From Candidatus Oxydemutator sp. (GTDB taxonomy: Bacteria; Pseudomonadota; Gammaproteobacteria; Poriferisulfidales; Oxydemutatoraceae): a stretch of DNA of 64,000 nt. The position numbers and the translations under genes were made by a program. Positions within the stretch are counted from its first letter, which is position 1. Every line of letters starts with the position of its first letter. The DNA lies in the NCBI GenBank assembly GCA_965203445.1, contig OZ241883.1, positions 1,344,001 through 1,408,000 on the forward strand, written 5' to 3'. The notes under the pieces are model-generated. The model did no database searches. It saw nothing but the letters and a program-made list of their open reading frames with translations, and had not been told where the DNA came from. This document shows positions 1 through 9,924 of the stretch, one piece after another.

Positions 1-2001
1 AAGAAGAAGTTTGTGCTGGAGACGAACTGGTGCGCGACCCTCGACCGCGTGCCGGAGGCACTGTACTCGGAGATCGCCGCCAACGCGGCGCAGTGCGAGG
101 AGTGGGTCGCGTTGTTCGCCGTTGATGAGATAGCGGGCGATTCGGAAGGCGACGGCGCGGCCTGGAACAATCCGCCGAGCGTTGCTTTTCTGAAGGCCAA
201 CCCGTACCTGGTGCTCGACACGCGACATTTCGAGCGTGGCTTCGTGGACAAGTTGCTGGCGGCGTTATCCGACGCCGGCCCGCTGGACGAGCAGCTGGAC
301 GGCCTGCTGGTACACGGCGAGAACTTCCAGGCACTGAACCTGTTGCAGGCGCGGTATCGGGAGCAGGTGCGGTGTGTGTACATTGATCCTCCTTTCAATA
401 CGGGCGACGGGGATTTCGCATATAAGGATGGCTATCGCTCTTCGAGTTGGATTTCAGCGATGTCCGAAAAAATATCATTGTCGCGTCGCCTGATGTCTTG
501 CGACGGACAATTTTGCGTTCATATTGATGAAAACGAAAGTGAAAACCTGCACAGATTGATGAGCGGTATTTTTGGTTCCGATAATTATCTGGGGGCGATG
601 ATATGGAACAAGCGCAACCCCAAGGGAGACGCGAAAGGTTTGGCAGTCCAGCATGAATCCATATTGTGGGCGGTGAAAGATGCCGATGAATTGTCTTCTG
701 ATGAAAATGATCTGCGCCGCCCGAAAAGGAACGCAAAAAAGATATTGGATATGGCAAGAAGATGTATCAGGAAATCGGACACTTTGGACGGAGCGCGCAA
801 GAAATTTTCTGACTGGTTGAACGTTCAAAGCTTTTCCGGAGGGGAGTTGGCGTATAAGTTTTTGGACGATAAAGGACAGGTTTTCCAGATGGTTTCAATG
901 GCATGGCCAAATAAAGACAAGGCCCCAGCCGAATATTATGAACCGTTGATCCATCCTGATACTGGCATGGCTTGTCCCGTCCCCAGGAGGGGTTGGAGAA
1001 ATACCCCGAAGAAGATGAAGGAGCTATTAGAAAATGATCTGATTGTATTCGGGGAGGACGAGACAACACAGCCTCGAAGAAAGTATTTGTTGGCGGAGAA
1101 TATGTTTGAGAATGTGGCATCTGTATTTGACTTCGGCGGCAGTTCGGACATCGAATCAGCCTCTATGGGTATATTCTTTGAGACGATGAAGCCTCTGATA
1201 CTCGCCAAGTACATATGCAACTTTGGGGGCGCGGGAACCATACTCGACTACTTCGCCGGTTCCGGCACCACTGCCCATGCCGCTATCAGCCTGAACCGCG
1301 AGGATGGGAGGCAACGAAAATATCTTTTGGTCGAGATGGCCGGCTATTTCGATACGGTTTTATCGCCACGCCTCAAAAAGATCATTTATTCGCAGGACTG
1401 GAAGAACGGCAAACCGGTTTCGCGCAAAGGCGGAACACAGTTTTTCAAAACCATCCGCCTTGAATCCTATGAGGACACTTTGGACAGCCTCACACGGACG
1501 CCGCCTGCCGGCGATCTGTTGGCGGAAAACAACCAGTTGGCCGAGGACTACCAGTTGCGCTACGCGCTTGGCGTAGAAACATCCGGCAGCGCCTGCTTGT
1601 TGGGCCGAGACTTCACCAATCCGTTCGCCTACACCCTCTCCGTTGTGCGCGACGGCGTGCGCCGTGAAATCCCGGTGGATCTGCCCGAAACTTTCAACTA
1701 CCTGATCGGCCTGCGCGTAGAATCCTGCCGACAAATTGACGGCGTGCTCACCATCACCGGCATAGACGCCGAAGGCCGCATATGCCTGATCCTCTGGCGC
1801 AACCTTGACGAGATGGATTCTTCCGCTTTGGACACTTGGTTCGCCCGCAACCGCAAGCAATTTACCGAATCTCCGAATATCATATATACCAACGGCGACC
1901 ACACACTGAACGCCATGAAACAACCCAAAGAAACCTGGACCGCCGAAACCATCGAATCGGTTTTTCGGGAACTGATGTTTGAGGAATCTGACAATGAATG
2001 A
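1..2001 (+). CDS. mod: Type III restriction-modification methyltransferase (Mod), 5'-truncated by window edge
   Basis: Frame open from base 1; motif IV YIDPPFNTG, motif I ILDYFAGSGTT, HGENFQALNLL, C-terminal RLESYEDTL and DLPETFNYLIG typical of long Mod subunits; cognate res downstream. Confidence 0.88.
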   Translation, partial: KKKFVLETNWCATLDRVPEALYSEIAANAAQCEEWVALFAVDEIAGDSEGDGAAWNNPPSVAFLKANPYLVLDTRHFERGFVDKLLAALSDAGPLDEQLDGLLVHGENFQALNLLQARYREQVRCVYIDPPFNTGDGDFAYKDGYRSSSWISAMSEKISLSRRLMSCDGQFCVHIDENESENLHRLMSGIFGSDNYLGAMIWNKRNPKGDAKGLAVQHESILWAVKDADELSSDENDLRRPKRNAKKILDMARRCIRKSDTLDGARKKFSDWLNVQSFSGGELAYKFLDDKGQVFQMVSMAWPNKDKAPAEYYEPLIHPDTGMACPVPRRGWRNTPKKMKELLENDLIVFGEDETTQPRRKYLLAENMFENVASVFDFGGSSDIESASMGIFFETMKPLILAKYICNFGGAGTILDYFAGSGTTAHAAISLNREDGRQRKYLLVEMAGYFDTVLSPRLKKIIYSQDWKNGKPVSRKGGTQFFKTIRLESYEDTLDSLTRTPPAGDLLAENNQLAEDYQLRYALGVETSGSACLLGRDFTNPFAYTLSVVRDGVRREIPVDLPETFNYLIGLRVESCRQIDGVLTITGIDAEGRICLILWRNLDEMDSSALDTWFARNRKQFTESPNIIYTNGDHTLNAMKQPKETWTAETIESVFRELMFEESDNE

Positions 2002-2896
2002 TAATCGGGATCAATCTACTGAATCCCTCACTTTCTCGCAACGCTACGGGTATGAACCTCTGCCAGAACCGATGAAACTGGAAGAGCTATCAGGTGACCT
2101 GAGACGAAAGATATGGAATGAGGTGCGAGAGTTCCTTTTGTCACTGTCATCAGACCCCGATTCGGATGATAATAGTTTCAAAAGCGAAGGCAAAAGGTTT
2201 ATCGAGCGTGTTCTCGGAAAATTCCTAAAGAAAAGTGAAGACGAAATTATAGCCAGAGACCTTCATCCATATGATGCTTTCAGGCATATCCTCGATTCTT
2301 TCAAGCAATCAATATTACAAGACACATTTAATCGTATCCTCGATCTCGTCGAACTTATTGTAAATGACAGATCTGTAGAAAGTAGGTTCGCAGACAAAAT
2401 TGCTTGTCTCTTTGAAGCACATGCTGCTGCCTATTGGTTGGACACGTCATGCTCTCCATCTCAATTTATTCCACGCGTCACCAGGGAACAAGGCGAGGCT
2501 ACGAGAGCAGCCATCGAGACGATTCACAAAAACGATATGGAAGGGGCCAGCACACACTTGCGCGATGCGTCGGCCCATATCAACACAGGTCAATTCGCAG
2601 ACTCGATTGCGGATAGTATCCATGCCGTCGAGTCCGTCGCGTGCATAATCTGTCCAAAAGAGAAAACACTTGGGAAAGCATTGGATGCCTTGCAGAAAAA
2701 GGGTTTGTTGAAGCATCCGGCACTCAAAGAGGCTTTCTCGAACTTATACGGTTACACAAGCGATGAACAGGGAATCCGACACGCCCTACTCGATAAAGAC
2801 TCGCCGGATGTCGACATAGACGAGGCCATGTTCATGTTCGGTGCTTGCGCGTCCTTTGCCGCCTATCTCGCCAGCAAGCATCAGCAGACGAAGTAG
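1994..2896 (+). CDS. AbiJ N-terminal (NTD4-like) domain protein with HEPN-like C-terminus
   Basis: FSQRYGY N-terminus; LYGYTSDEQGIRH C-terminal motif; ATG at 1994 overlaps the end of mod. Confidence 0.55.
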   Translation: MNDNRDQSTESLTFSQRYGYEPLPEPMKLEELSGDLRRKIWNEVREFLLSLSSDPDSDDNSFKSEGKRFIERVLGKFLKKSEDEIIARDLHPYDAFRHILDSFKQSILQDTFNRILDLVELIVNDRSVESRFADKIACLFEAHAAAYWLDTSCSPSQFIPRVTREQGEATRAAIETIHKNDMEGASTHLRDASAHINTGQFADSIADSIHAVESVACIICPKEKTLGKALDALQKKGLLKHPALKEAFSNLYGYTSDEQGIRHALLDKDSPDVDIDEAMFMFGACASFAAYLASKHQQTK

Positions 2897-2897
2897 C

Positions 2898-3659
2898 ATG
2901 AGCGACAAAACTGCTATCGAATGGACGGACGCAACCTGGAATCCGGTAACGGGTTGCACCAAGATCACGCGAGGTTGTGATAATTGTTACGCTGAGCGAT
3001 TCGCCGAGCGGTTTCGGGGTACGCCCGGACATCCGTTTGCAAACGGATTTGATCTTACGCTTCGTCCGGAAAGGCTCACTCAACCGTTGTCATGGAAACG
3101 GCCGCGCATGGTTTTTGTCAATTCGATGAGCGACCTGTTTCACAAAAAAATACCCGCCGAGTTTATTGATCAGGTTTTCGATACTATGGAGGCGGCTGAC
3201 TGGCATATTTTTCAGATACTGACAAAACGCAGTTCACTGATGCGCCATTATTTGCAGCGCCGATACGGGCGCGCTCTGACACCGCAACATATATGGTGTG
3301 GCGTGTCGGTCGAAGATCACACGGCAACCGCCAGGATTCAGCACCTTCGAAAGGCGCCGGTCGCGGTACGATTTCTCTCCATCGAACCTCTTTTGGGGTC
3401 CGTGGGGAGTATTGATCTTACCGGAATCAGCTGGGTTATCGTCGGTGGAGAAAGCGGCCCTAAGGCGCGACCTATGCGGCTGGAGTGGGTTCTTGAAATT
3501 CGTGATCGTTGCAGGAGAGAAAAAGTACCTTTTTTCTTTAAGCAATGGGGAGGCCAGACACCGAAAGCAGGTGGGCGCATTCTGGAAGGAACTGAACATA
3601 ATGGAATGCCAGCGTATCTCAAGACGAGGAAGGGCGATGGACTTCAGATGGCATCCTGA
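2898..3659 (+). CDS. DUF5131 / phage Gp37-Gp68 family protein (three-Cys radical-SAM-like)
   Basis: IEWTDATWNPVTGCTKITRGCDNCYAE (CX6CX2C), FVNSMSDLFH, WVIVGGESG, FFFKQWGG. Confidence 0.9.
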   Translation: MSDKTAIEWTDATWNPVTGCTKITRGCDNCYAERFAERFRGTPGHPFANGFDLTLRPERLTQPLSWKRPRMVFVNSMSDLFHKKIPAEFIDQVFDTMEAADWHIFQILTKRSSLMRHYLQRRYGRALTPQHIWCGVSVEDHTATARIQHLRKAPVAVRFLSIEPLLGSVGSIDLTGISWVIVGGESGPKARPMRLEWVLEIRDRCRREKVPFFFKQWGGQTPKAGGRILEGTEHNGMPAYLKTRKGDGLQMAS

Positions 3660-4893
3660 ACAACTTCCACCACCTATCGAGGGGCATAGCAAGGCGAAGC
3701 TTACGGTATTGCGCAGCTATCTCCGCGCTTATTTTGATAGATTGGGCGGCAACTTTGCTCGTGATGAGTTCAAACTCGATTTTGTCGACGGTTTTGCCGG
3801 GGGCGGCACTTTTCAAGACGGTGACGACATAATTTCCGGAACACCGCTGATCATGCTGGAAGAATCCGCGGTTGCGAAAGAAAGGTTGGTGCGAGGGCGC
3901 ACCAAACCCATGCGCTTTGATTTCAAATACTACTTTGTTGATAAGGAAACCGCCCACACGGATCATCTGCGCAAGGTTTTGCAAGAGCGCGGCTATCAAG
4001 CGAATGGTGGAGAGATAGTTATTCTTAATCGTCGTTTTGAAGAGGTGGTGGATAACATCATTGCTGAGGTCAGCCGCCGTCAGCCGAGAGCTGGTCGTTC
4101 TATTTTTCTGCTTGACCAGACTGGATATTCTCAAGTGGAATTATCGCTTGTTGCCAGGATTCTTCGTGAGTTACGCGCCGCGGAAGTCATTCTGACGTTC
4201 GCGGCGGATATTCTTTTTAACTTTCTTAATAAGAGTCCTGAATTTGTTCGGGCGGTTTCCTCATTTGGGCTAACATCGGAGGATGTGCGCCACTTAATAC
4301 AACTCAAGGGCGGTGCAGGTGGATTAGCACTTGCTCAAAGAACACTCCGCGAGCATATCCGATTTGTGACGGGCGCGAACTTCGACACACCCTTTTTTAT
4401 TCAACCTAGGTCATCGCGTCGTGCGTTGTGGTTTTTGCATTTGTCAAGACATCCCACGGCGCGTGACGTGATGATGCAGTGTCATTGGAATCTATCGAAC
4501 ACATTCAAGCATTATGGTTCTGGCGATTTCGAGATGCTGGGATGGGATGACTTGGCACCAGGAGGAGAAACTTTGCCGCTGTTTGATTTTAGGGAACATG
4601 ACAAGCGGGCGATGAAGAAGGGGCTGCTTGATACACTGCCTGAAAAATTATTCAGCTTGGCGTCCGAAGAACCTGTCACCATAGATGCGATGCGATATAT
4701 GTTTGCCAATCAAACAGCTGCTCGTTTTTCTGATTATGATTCAATTTTGCTCGAACTTTTTCGAGGGAAAGAATTGAACATTCTAAATCCTGATGGCAAA
4801 GTACGTGCGCGCACCCTGAAACGCATTAGATCCACGGATCGAATCGCGTTTCCGAAACAGTTGTTGCTTCCAGGAATTTTACGTCGTCGTTAG
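3637..4893 (+). CDS. tcmP: Three-Cys-motif partner protein (SAM-binding methyltransferase-like fold)
   Basis: HSKAKLTVLRSYL, FVDGFAGGG SAM-binding loop, IFLLDQTGY; directly follows DUF5131; likely ATG at 3637. Confidence 0.75.
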   Translation: MDFRWHPEQLPPPIEGHSKAKLTVLRSYLRAYFDRLGGNFARDEFKLDFVDGFAGGGTFQDGDDIISGTPLIMLEESAVAKERLVRGRTKPMRFDFKYYFVDKETAHTDHLRKVLQERGYQANGGEIVILNRRFEEVVDNIIAEVSRRQPRAGRSIFLLDQTGYSQVELSLVARILRELRAAEVILTFAADILFNFLNKSPEFVRAVSSFGLTSEDVRHLIQLKGGAGGLALAQRTLREHIRFVTGANFDTPFFIQPRSSRRALWFLHLSRHPTARDVMMQCHWNLSNTFKHYGSGDFEMLGWDDLAPGGETLPLFDFREHDKRAMKKGLLDTLPEKLFSLASEEPVTIDAMRYMFANQTAARFSDYDSILLELFRGKELNILNPDGKVRARTLKRIRSTDRIAFPKQLLLPGILRRR

Positions 4894-4911
4894 TTTTTGA
4901 AAAGTTTTCCG

Positions 4912-7900
4912 ATGCCCCAACGCCGCTCAACGAGGAACCCGTCCCTCCAAAACCGTCTCGCGCTGCACCGCTTCATCTGCCGCGAGTTCGGTTACGAGGG
5001 CCTGGATGTCATGCTCGAACGATTGGGCGACGCCGCGCCCGACCCTGCTTCCGGCGGCGACGGCGCATATGCCGAAGCCCTGTATCTCCCCGACCGCGCC
5101 GCAATCACCCCCGACCAACTCGCCCGCTACGACGCCAACATCGCCGCCCATAGCCGTCGTCTGCGTATCACCGCCGATCATGGGCGCACCTGGAAACCGC
5201 ACCAGTATCTCGCCCTGCTGTTCACCGAACATTATCTGCGCCGTTATTTCGACGATCCCGAAGCGTTGCGCGCCGACCTGAACGACGCGAAGAGCAAGCA
5301 CCCCGCGACCGCGCCCCTGCCGGACTACGAGGCGGACGATCTGCGCACCCTCGCGTTTCAGAGCGCGACCGGGTCGGGCAAGACGCTGTTGATGCACGCG
5401 CACATTCTGCAATACCGGCATTATCTGAGGGACGCCGGCGGGCGCCTGAACAACATCGTGCTGGTGACGCCGAACGAGCAGATGTCGGTGCAGCACGAGC
5501 GCGAGCTGGGCGAAAGCCGCCTGCCGGCGCGGTTGTTTTCCGGCGATGCCGGTTCGGAATTGTTCGCGCCGGTCGAGATCATAGACCTGAACAAGCTGGC
5601 CGAAAAGAAGGGCGTCAAGCGCGTCGCCGTGGCCGACTTCGGCGACGACAACCTGGTGCTGGTGGACGAGGGGCATCTGGGCGCGTCGGGGAAAGTCTGG
5701 CGCGAGCATCGCAAGGAGCTGTCGCGCGGCGGCTTTGCGTTCGAGTATTCGGCCACGTTCAACCAGATAACGAGCAAGCCGGGCAACGCCGATCTGCTAG
5801 ACGCCTACGGCAAGTGCCTGTTGTTCGATTATTCCTACCGCCGCTTTCACGAGGACGGCTACGGCAAGGACTACGCCATCCTGAATCTGCCGGACGGCTT
5901 CCAGGACGACAACAGCAAGATGTATCTGCTCGGCTGCCTGCTGACTTTCTATTCGCAATGCCGCATCTGGCGCGCCAAAGGAGCGGGATGGCAGGCGTTC
6001 AACGTAGCGAAGCCGCTGTGGGTGTTTCTCGGCAAGACGGTCAAGGGTTCGAGCAGGGCCGATCAGGAAACCCGTTCCGACGTCGTGCTCATCCTGCATT
6101 TTCTCGGCTGGGTGTTGGCACACGGCGATGAGGTGCGGGCGATGATCGCGCGCCTGCTGGCCGGCAAATCGGGGTTGCGCGACGAGGCCGGCAACGATTA
6201 CTTCGCCGACCGCTTTCCCCACCTGCCGCGCGCCGGCGAGGATCTCTACGCCGATCTGTGCGCGACCCTGTTTCACGGGGGCGGGAAGCTGCACGTCGTT
6301 TATCTGACCGCCGGCGAAGGCGAACTGCATCTGCGCACCGCCGACAACGCCCCTTTCGGCGTGGTCAACGTCGGCGATTCGGCGGCGCTCTACAAACTAC
6401 TCGCCGAGACGCCGAACCCGGATTGGAAGGTCGAGCGCGAGATGGGCTTTGCGGCGCGTCTCTTCGCCGACGTTGATCGCCCGGACTCGACGGTGAACGT
6501 CGTCATCGGCGCGCGCCGCTTCATCGCCGGCTGGAATTCCTGGCGCGTGAGCACGATGGGGCTGATGCACGTGGGCGTCGGCGAAGGGCCGGAAATCATC
6601 CAGATGTTCGGGCGCGGCGTGCGCCTGAAAGGCTGGAACATGAGCCTGAAGCGGCACCGGGAAAGCGGTGCCGAACCGCCCGCGGACGGCACCGAACTGG
6701 CCGAATTGGAGAGGCTGTACATCTTCGGCCTGCGCGCCAATTACATGCAGACCTTCCGCAATCTGCTACAGGCGGAAGGAATGCAGACCGAACGGGAGAC
6801 GTTCCCGTTGCCGGTAACGTGGAACTTTGCGAAGGAGAAGAATCTGAAACTGATCCGGCTGAAGGAAGACAGCCGATACGATCTTTGTGCCGAGCGCCCG
6901 GTATTGCCGGAACCGACCGGCGCCCGCCTTCCTATCGTGACACTCGACTTGCACTCGCGGCTGCAATCGGTTGCGTCGAACGATACTGCGACCGGCGGAG
7001 GGAGAGACGAGACCACGTCCAGCCTGAAACCCTATGCCGCCTTTTTCGATACGACGCGCGTGTACAACGGGCTGCTGCGGCGCAAGCGGCAGAGAAACTG
7101 GTGCAATCTGATCATCGAGCGTGCGACGGTGGAGAAACTGTTGGCCTGCGATGACTGGTATGAACTCTCTCTGCCACCGGAGCGACGCGAACCCAAGGGA
7201 TTTGCCCAAGTGCGCCGGCTGGAAGACGTGGCCCTCGACCTGATCACGGAATACGCCGACCAATTCTGGCGCAAGCGGCGTCGCCAGTGGGAGCACAAAA
7301 AGATCGAGGTCATACCGCTGGAGAAAAACGATCCGAACGTTGTGAACTATGAATTGCTCGTGGATACGACCGAACAAAAGCTGGCGGACGAGGCCCGCAA
7401 ACTGGCGAACTGTATACGGGAAGAGCGGCCGGATTACTTGCGGTCTTGGTACGACGGCCTGAAAATCGGCGTCGTTCGGGAGCAAAGCCGCCACGCCTAC
7501 CAACCGCTGCTCTACGCCAAAAAAGAGCGCGTGGTCACGGTGCAACCGATCCCGCTGGATGAGAACGAGAGGAAAGTCGTCGAGGAGCTGGCGGAGCTTG
7601 CCGACGCCGGCGACGACTGCCTGCAAGGCCGGGAACTGTTCCTGATTCGCAATCTGACACGCGGCCGCGGCGTGTCGTTTTTCGACGACTACGGATATTA
7701 CCCGGACTTCATCGTCTGGCTGAGGGACGGCGACTTCCAGCACGTTTTGTTTCTCGACCCGAAGGGGCTGGGCCGGTACGGGAGAAGGGAGCGCCAGAAA
7801 GTGCGGCTGCATAAAGCGATCAAAGAAACCGAAAGGCAGGTGCGCAAGGACGACCCGACCCTGCGCCTGTGCGCCTACGTGCTATCCGTAACACCCGTCT

Positions 7901-8025
7901 CCGAAATAGACGGCGGCGAACGCCCCGCAAGCGATTGGAAACAAGACGGCGTGTATTTCCTGAACGAGGAAAACTGCCTGAAACAAGTCATCAAACACGC
8001 GCTGGGGCAGACGGCCACCGCTTGA
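4912..8025 (+). CDS. res: Type III restriction endonuclease subunit Res (SF2 helicase + PD-(D/E)xK nuclease)
   Basis: QSATGSGKT, LVDEGH, EYSATF, QMFGRGVR, C-terminal YYPDFIVW...FLDPKG. Confidence 0.88.
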   Translation: MPQRRSTRNPSLQNRLALHRFICREFGYEGLDVMLERLGDAAPDPASGGDGAYAEALYLPDRAAITPDQLARYDANIAAHSRRLRITADHGRTWKPHQYLALLFTEHYLRRYFDDPEALRADLNDAKSKHPATAPLPDYEADDLRTLAFQSATGSGKTLLMHAHILQYRHYLRDAGGRLNNIVLVTPNEQMSVQHERELGESRLPARLFSGDAGSELFAPVEIIDLNKLAEKKGVKRVAVADFGDDNLVLVDEGHLGASGKVWREHRKELSRGGFAFEYSATFNQITSKPGNADLLDAYGKCLLFDYSYRRFHEDGYGKDYAILNLPDGFQDDNSKMYLLGCLLTFYSQCRIWRAKGAGWQAFNVAKPLWVFLGKTVKGSSRADQETRSDVVLILHFLGWVLAHGDEVRAMIARLLAGKSGLRDEAGNDYFADRFPHLPRAGEDLYADLCATLFHGGGKLHVVYLTAGEGELHLRTADNAPFGVVNVGDSAALYKLLAETPNPDWKVEREMGFAARLFADVDRPDSTVNVVIGARRFIAGWNSWRVSTMGLMHVGVGEGPEIIQMFGRGVRLKGWNMSLKRHRESGAEPPADGTELAELERLYIFGLRANYMQTFRNLLQAEGMQTERETFPLPVTWNFAKEKNLKLIRLKEDSRYDLCAERPVLPEPTGARLPIVTLDLHSRLQSVASNDTATGGGRDETTSSLKPYAAFFDTTRVYNGLLRRKRQRNWCNLIIERATVEKLLACDDWYELSLPPERREPKGFAQVRRLEDVALDLITEYADQFWRKRRRQWEHKKIEVIPLEKNDPNVVNYELLVDTTEQKLADEARKLANCIREERPDYLRSWYDGLKIGVVREQSRHAYQPLLYAKKERVVTVQPIPLDENERKVVEELAELADAGDDCLQGRELFLIRNLTRGRGVSFFDDYGYYPDFIVWLRDGDFQHVLFLDPKGLGRYGRRERQKVRLHKAIKETERQVRKDDPTLRLCAYVLSVTPVSEIDGGERPASDWKQDGVYFLNEENCLKQVIKHALGQTATA

Positions 8026-8105
8026 TACAATGGGGTTTCTCTCGACGGCCATGCCTCTGATTCAGAGGGAAGGGCAAAGGTCATGACAGGCGAGGAAGTC
8101 ACACT

Positions 8106-9455
8106 ATGAATATCAGAAAATTGATCATTGAGGATGTCCGTTGTTTTGCGGGCAGGCAGGAATTCGAGATACGCCCCATTACTTTTTTGGTGGGTGAAAA
8201 CAGTACCGGAAAATCTACCGCCCTTGCCTGTTTGCAAACGTTGTATGATTTTCTTAGATCTTCAAGCTCTGGCTTGGACTTCAATGCGAAGCCATACAAT
8301 TTGGGTGCTTTCGCCGATATTGTCAGAATCTCAAGGCCTAAAAAGAAACGTTTTCGATTAGGCATTGAGCTTGAGACGCAGCACTCGAAGGCAGTTCAGT
8401 TTTGTTTGACTATAACGGAGAGAGAGGCAGGTTCTGAGCCCGTTGCTCAGAAGCTGAGTATGCTTTTTGTTGATGGCAACAAAATACTTGTTAAGCGAAG
8501 CAGCCAACAGGAGAGCCAAAGTGAAAGTCCTCCGCAAGTTGAAATACGAGAGAAACCGGACGGGAAAAAGCAATTTGTTATTGCGTTGCCTTTCTTGAAC
8601 CTGGGAAGTTTTAATCTATGGTCGTTTACACTGTTTTTCGACAAAGGGCCAGAAGCGTCTGAACTGAAACGATTTTCGGAAATGCACAAAGAATTCTTCT
8701 CTGAATTCTTCTCTCCAAGAAATTTTCCTAATGTGTACAGTTTTGCACCGATTCGGTCCAGGCCACAACGCACGTACAACCCACTGAGAGAAGATAGCAG
8801 TCCTGAAGGCAGCGATATACCCATGATGTTGATGAATATGGTCAGGGTGAGTGAGGAGCAATGGGAGCAATGGGAGCAATGGGACAAATTGAAAGACAGA
8901 TTGGCCAAGTTCGGAAAATCTTCGGGTTTGTTCAAGGATGTCAACGTCAGAAAACTTGGAGGGTCTACGAGCGATCCGTTTCAGTTGCAAGTTAATGTGA
9001 GAGGTCCGAAAATCAACCTTATGGACGTAGGCTACGGCGTCAATCAAATCCTTCCTATTTTAGTGCGTATCTTTGACGCCGTAGCAACAGAGGAAACTTT
9101 TTTAATGCCGCAACTGAGGACAACTTTTTTAATGCAGCAGCCGGAAGTACATTTGCATCCCAAGGCCCAGGCAGAATTGTCTTCTCTGTTGATCGAGATT
9201 GCTCGACAAAGGAAACAGAATTTTGTTATCGAAACACACAGCGACTACATGATTGACCGCGCAAGTGTTGATATCCGGAAAGGAAGAATATCGCATGAGG
9301 ATGTTTCGCTGATTTACTTGGAACCACGTCGCAGAGATGTTCAGGTGCACAATATAAAGTTTGACGAGCAGGGAAATTTGTTGAACGCCCCGAGTGGCTA
9401 CCGACAGTTTTTCCTTGAGGAGTCAAACAGATTTCTCGGGTTTGATGAGGATTGA
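8106..9455 (+). CDS. ABC-type ATPase (AAA_15/AAA_21, DUF3696-like tail)
   Basis: Walker A GENSTGKS, signature-like DVGYGVNQILP, Walker B/D-loop QQPEVHLHP, H-loop IETHSD. Confidence 0.8.
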   Translation: MNIRKLIIEDVRCFAGRQEFEIRPITFLVGENSTGKSTALACLQTLYDFLRSSSSGLDFNAKPYNLGAFADIVRISRPKKKRFRLGIELETQHSKAVQFCLTITEREAGSEPVAQKLSMLFVDGNKILVKRSSQQESQSESPPQVEIREKPDGKKQFVIALPFLNLGSFNLWSFTLFFDKGPEASELKRFSEMHKEFFSEFFSPRNFPNVYSFAPIRSRPQRTYNPLREDSSPEGSDIPMMLMNMVRVSEEQWEQWEQWDKLKDRLAKFGKSSGLFKDVNVRKLGGSTSDPFQLQVNVRGPKINLMDVGYGVNQILPILVRIFDAVATEETFLMPQLRTTFLMQQPEVHLHPKAQAELSSLLIEIARQRKQNFVIETHSDYMIDRASVDIRKGRISHEDVSLIYLEPRRRDVQVHNIKFDEQGNLLNAPSGYRQFFLEESNRFLGFDED

Positions 9456-9458
9456 TTC

Positions 9459-9896
9459 ATGTGCATCATCATAGATACCAACCTGTACGGTGAGTTTGGC
9501 AAAGAGTATATGAAACCACTGAGAGAATGGATAGAAAACAAAAAAAGAAAGGGCAAAATTGTCTATTCTTTGGCGGGAGATCTCGGGCAAGAATTGAATG
9601 CCCATGGAAGAATGAAGAAGAAGCTTGAACTATATAAGGAAATGGGGGTAGCCAAACTGATTTCCAAAAAGGCAGTGGAAAGAGAAAAGGAAGTAGTAGC
9701 AGGATTAAACCTGCGCTCGAATGATCCGTATATCATTGCATTAGCTCGAGTCTCCCGCACCCGATTGTTGACTTCAGAGGATGTCGCATTGTGCAAGGAT
9801 TTCAAAAACAGAAAAATCATTAGAGGCGGGAAAATCTATAAAGCGCGGGAACATGACGAACACGCACATCTGCTTAGCCGGAATAAATGCCCATAA
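9459..9896 (+). CDS. PIN-domain protein
   Basis: IIIDTN, NDPYIIALA, LLTSED acidic motif pattern; starts 3 nt after ATPase stop. Confidence 0.7.
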   Translation: MCIIIDTNLYGEFGKEYMKPLREWIENKKRKGKIVYSLAGDLGQELNAHGRMKKKLELYKEMGVAKLISKKAVEREKEVVAGLNLRSNDPYIIALARVSRTRLLTSEDVALCKDFKNRKIIRGGKIYKAREHDEHAHLLSRNKCP

Positions 9897-9924
9897 GTTC
9901 CGCTATTTGATATTCTGCGCCACT

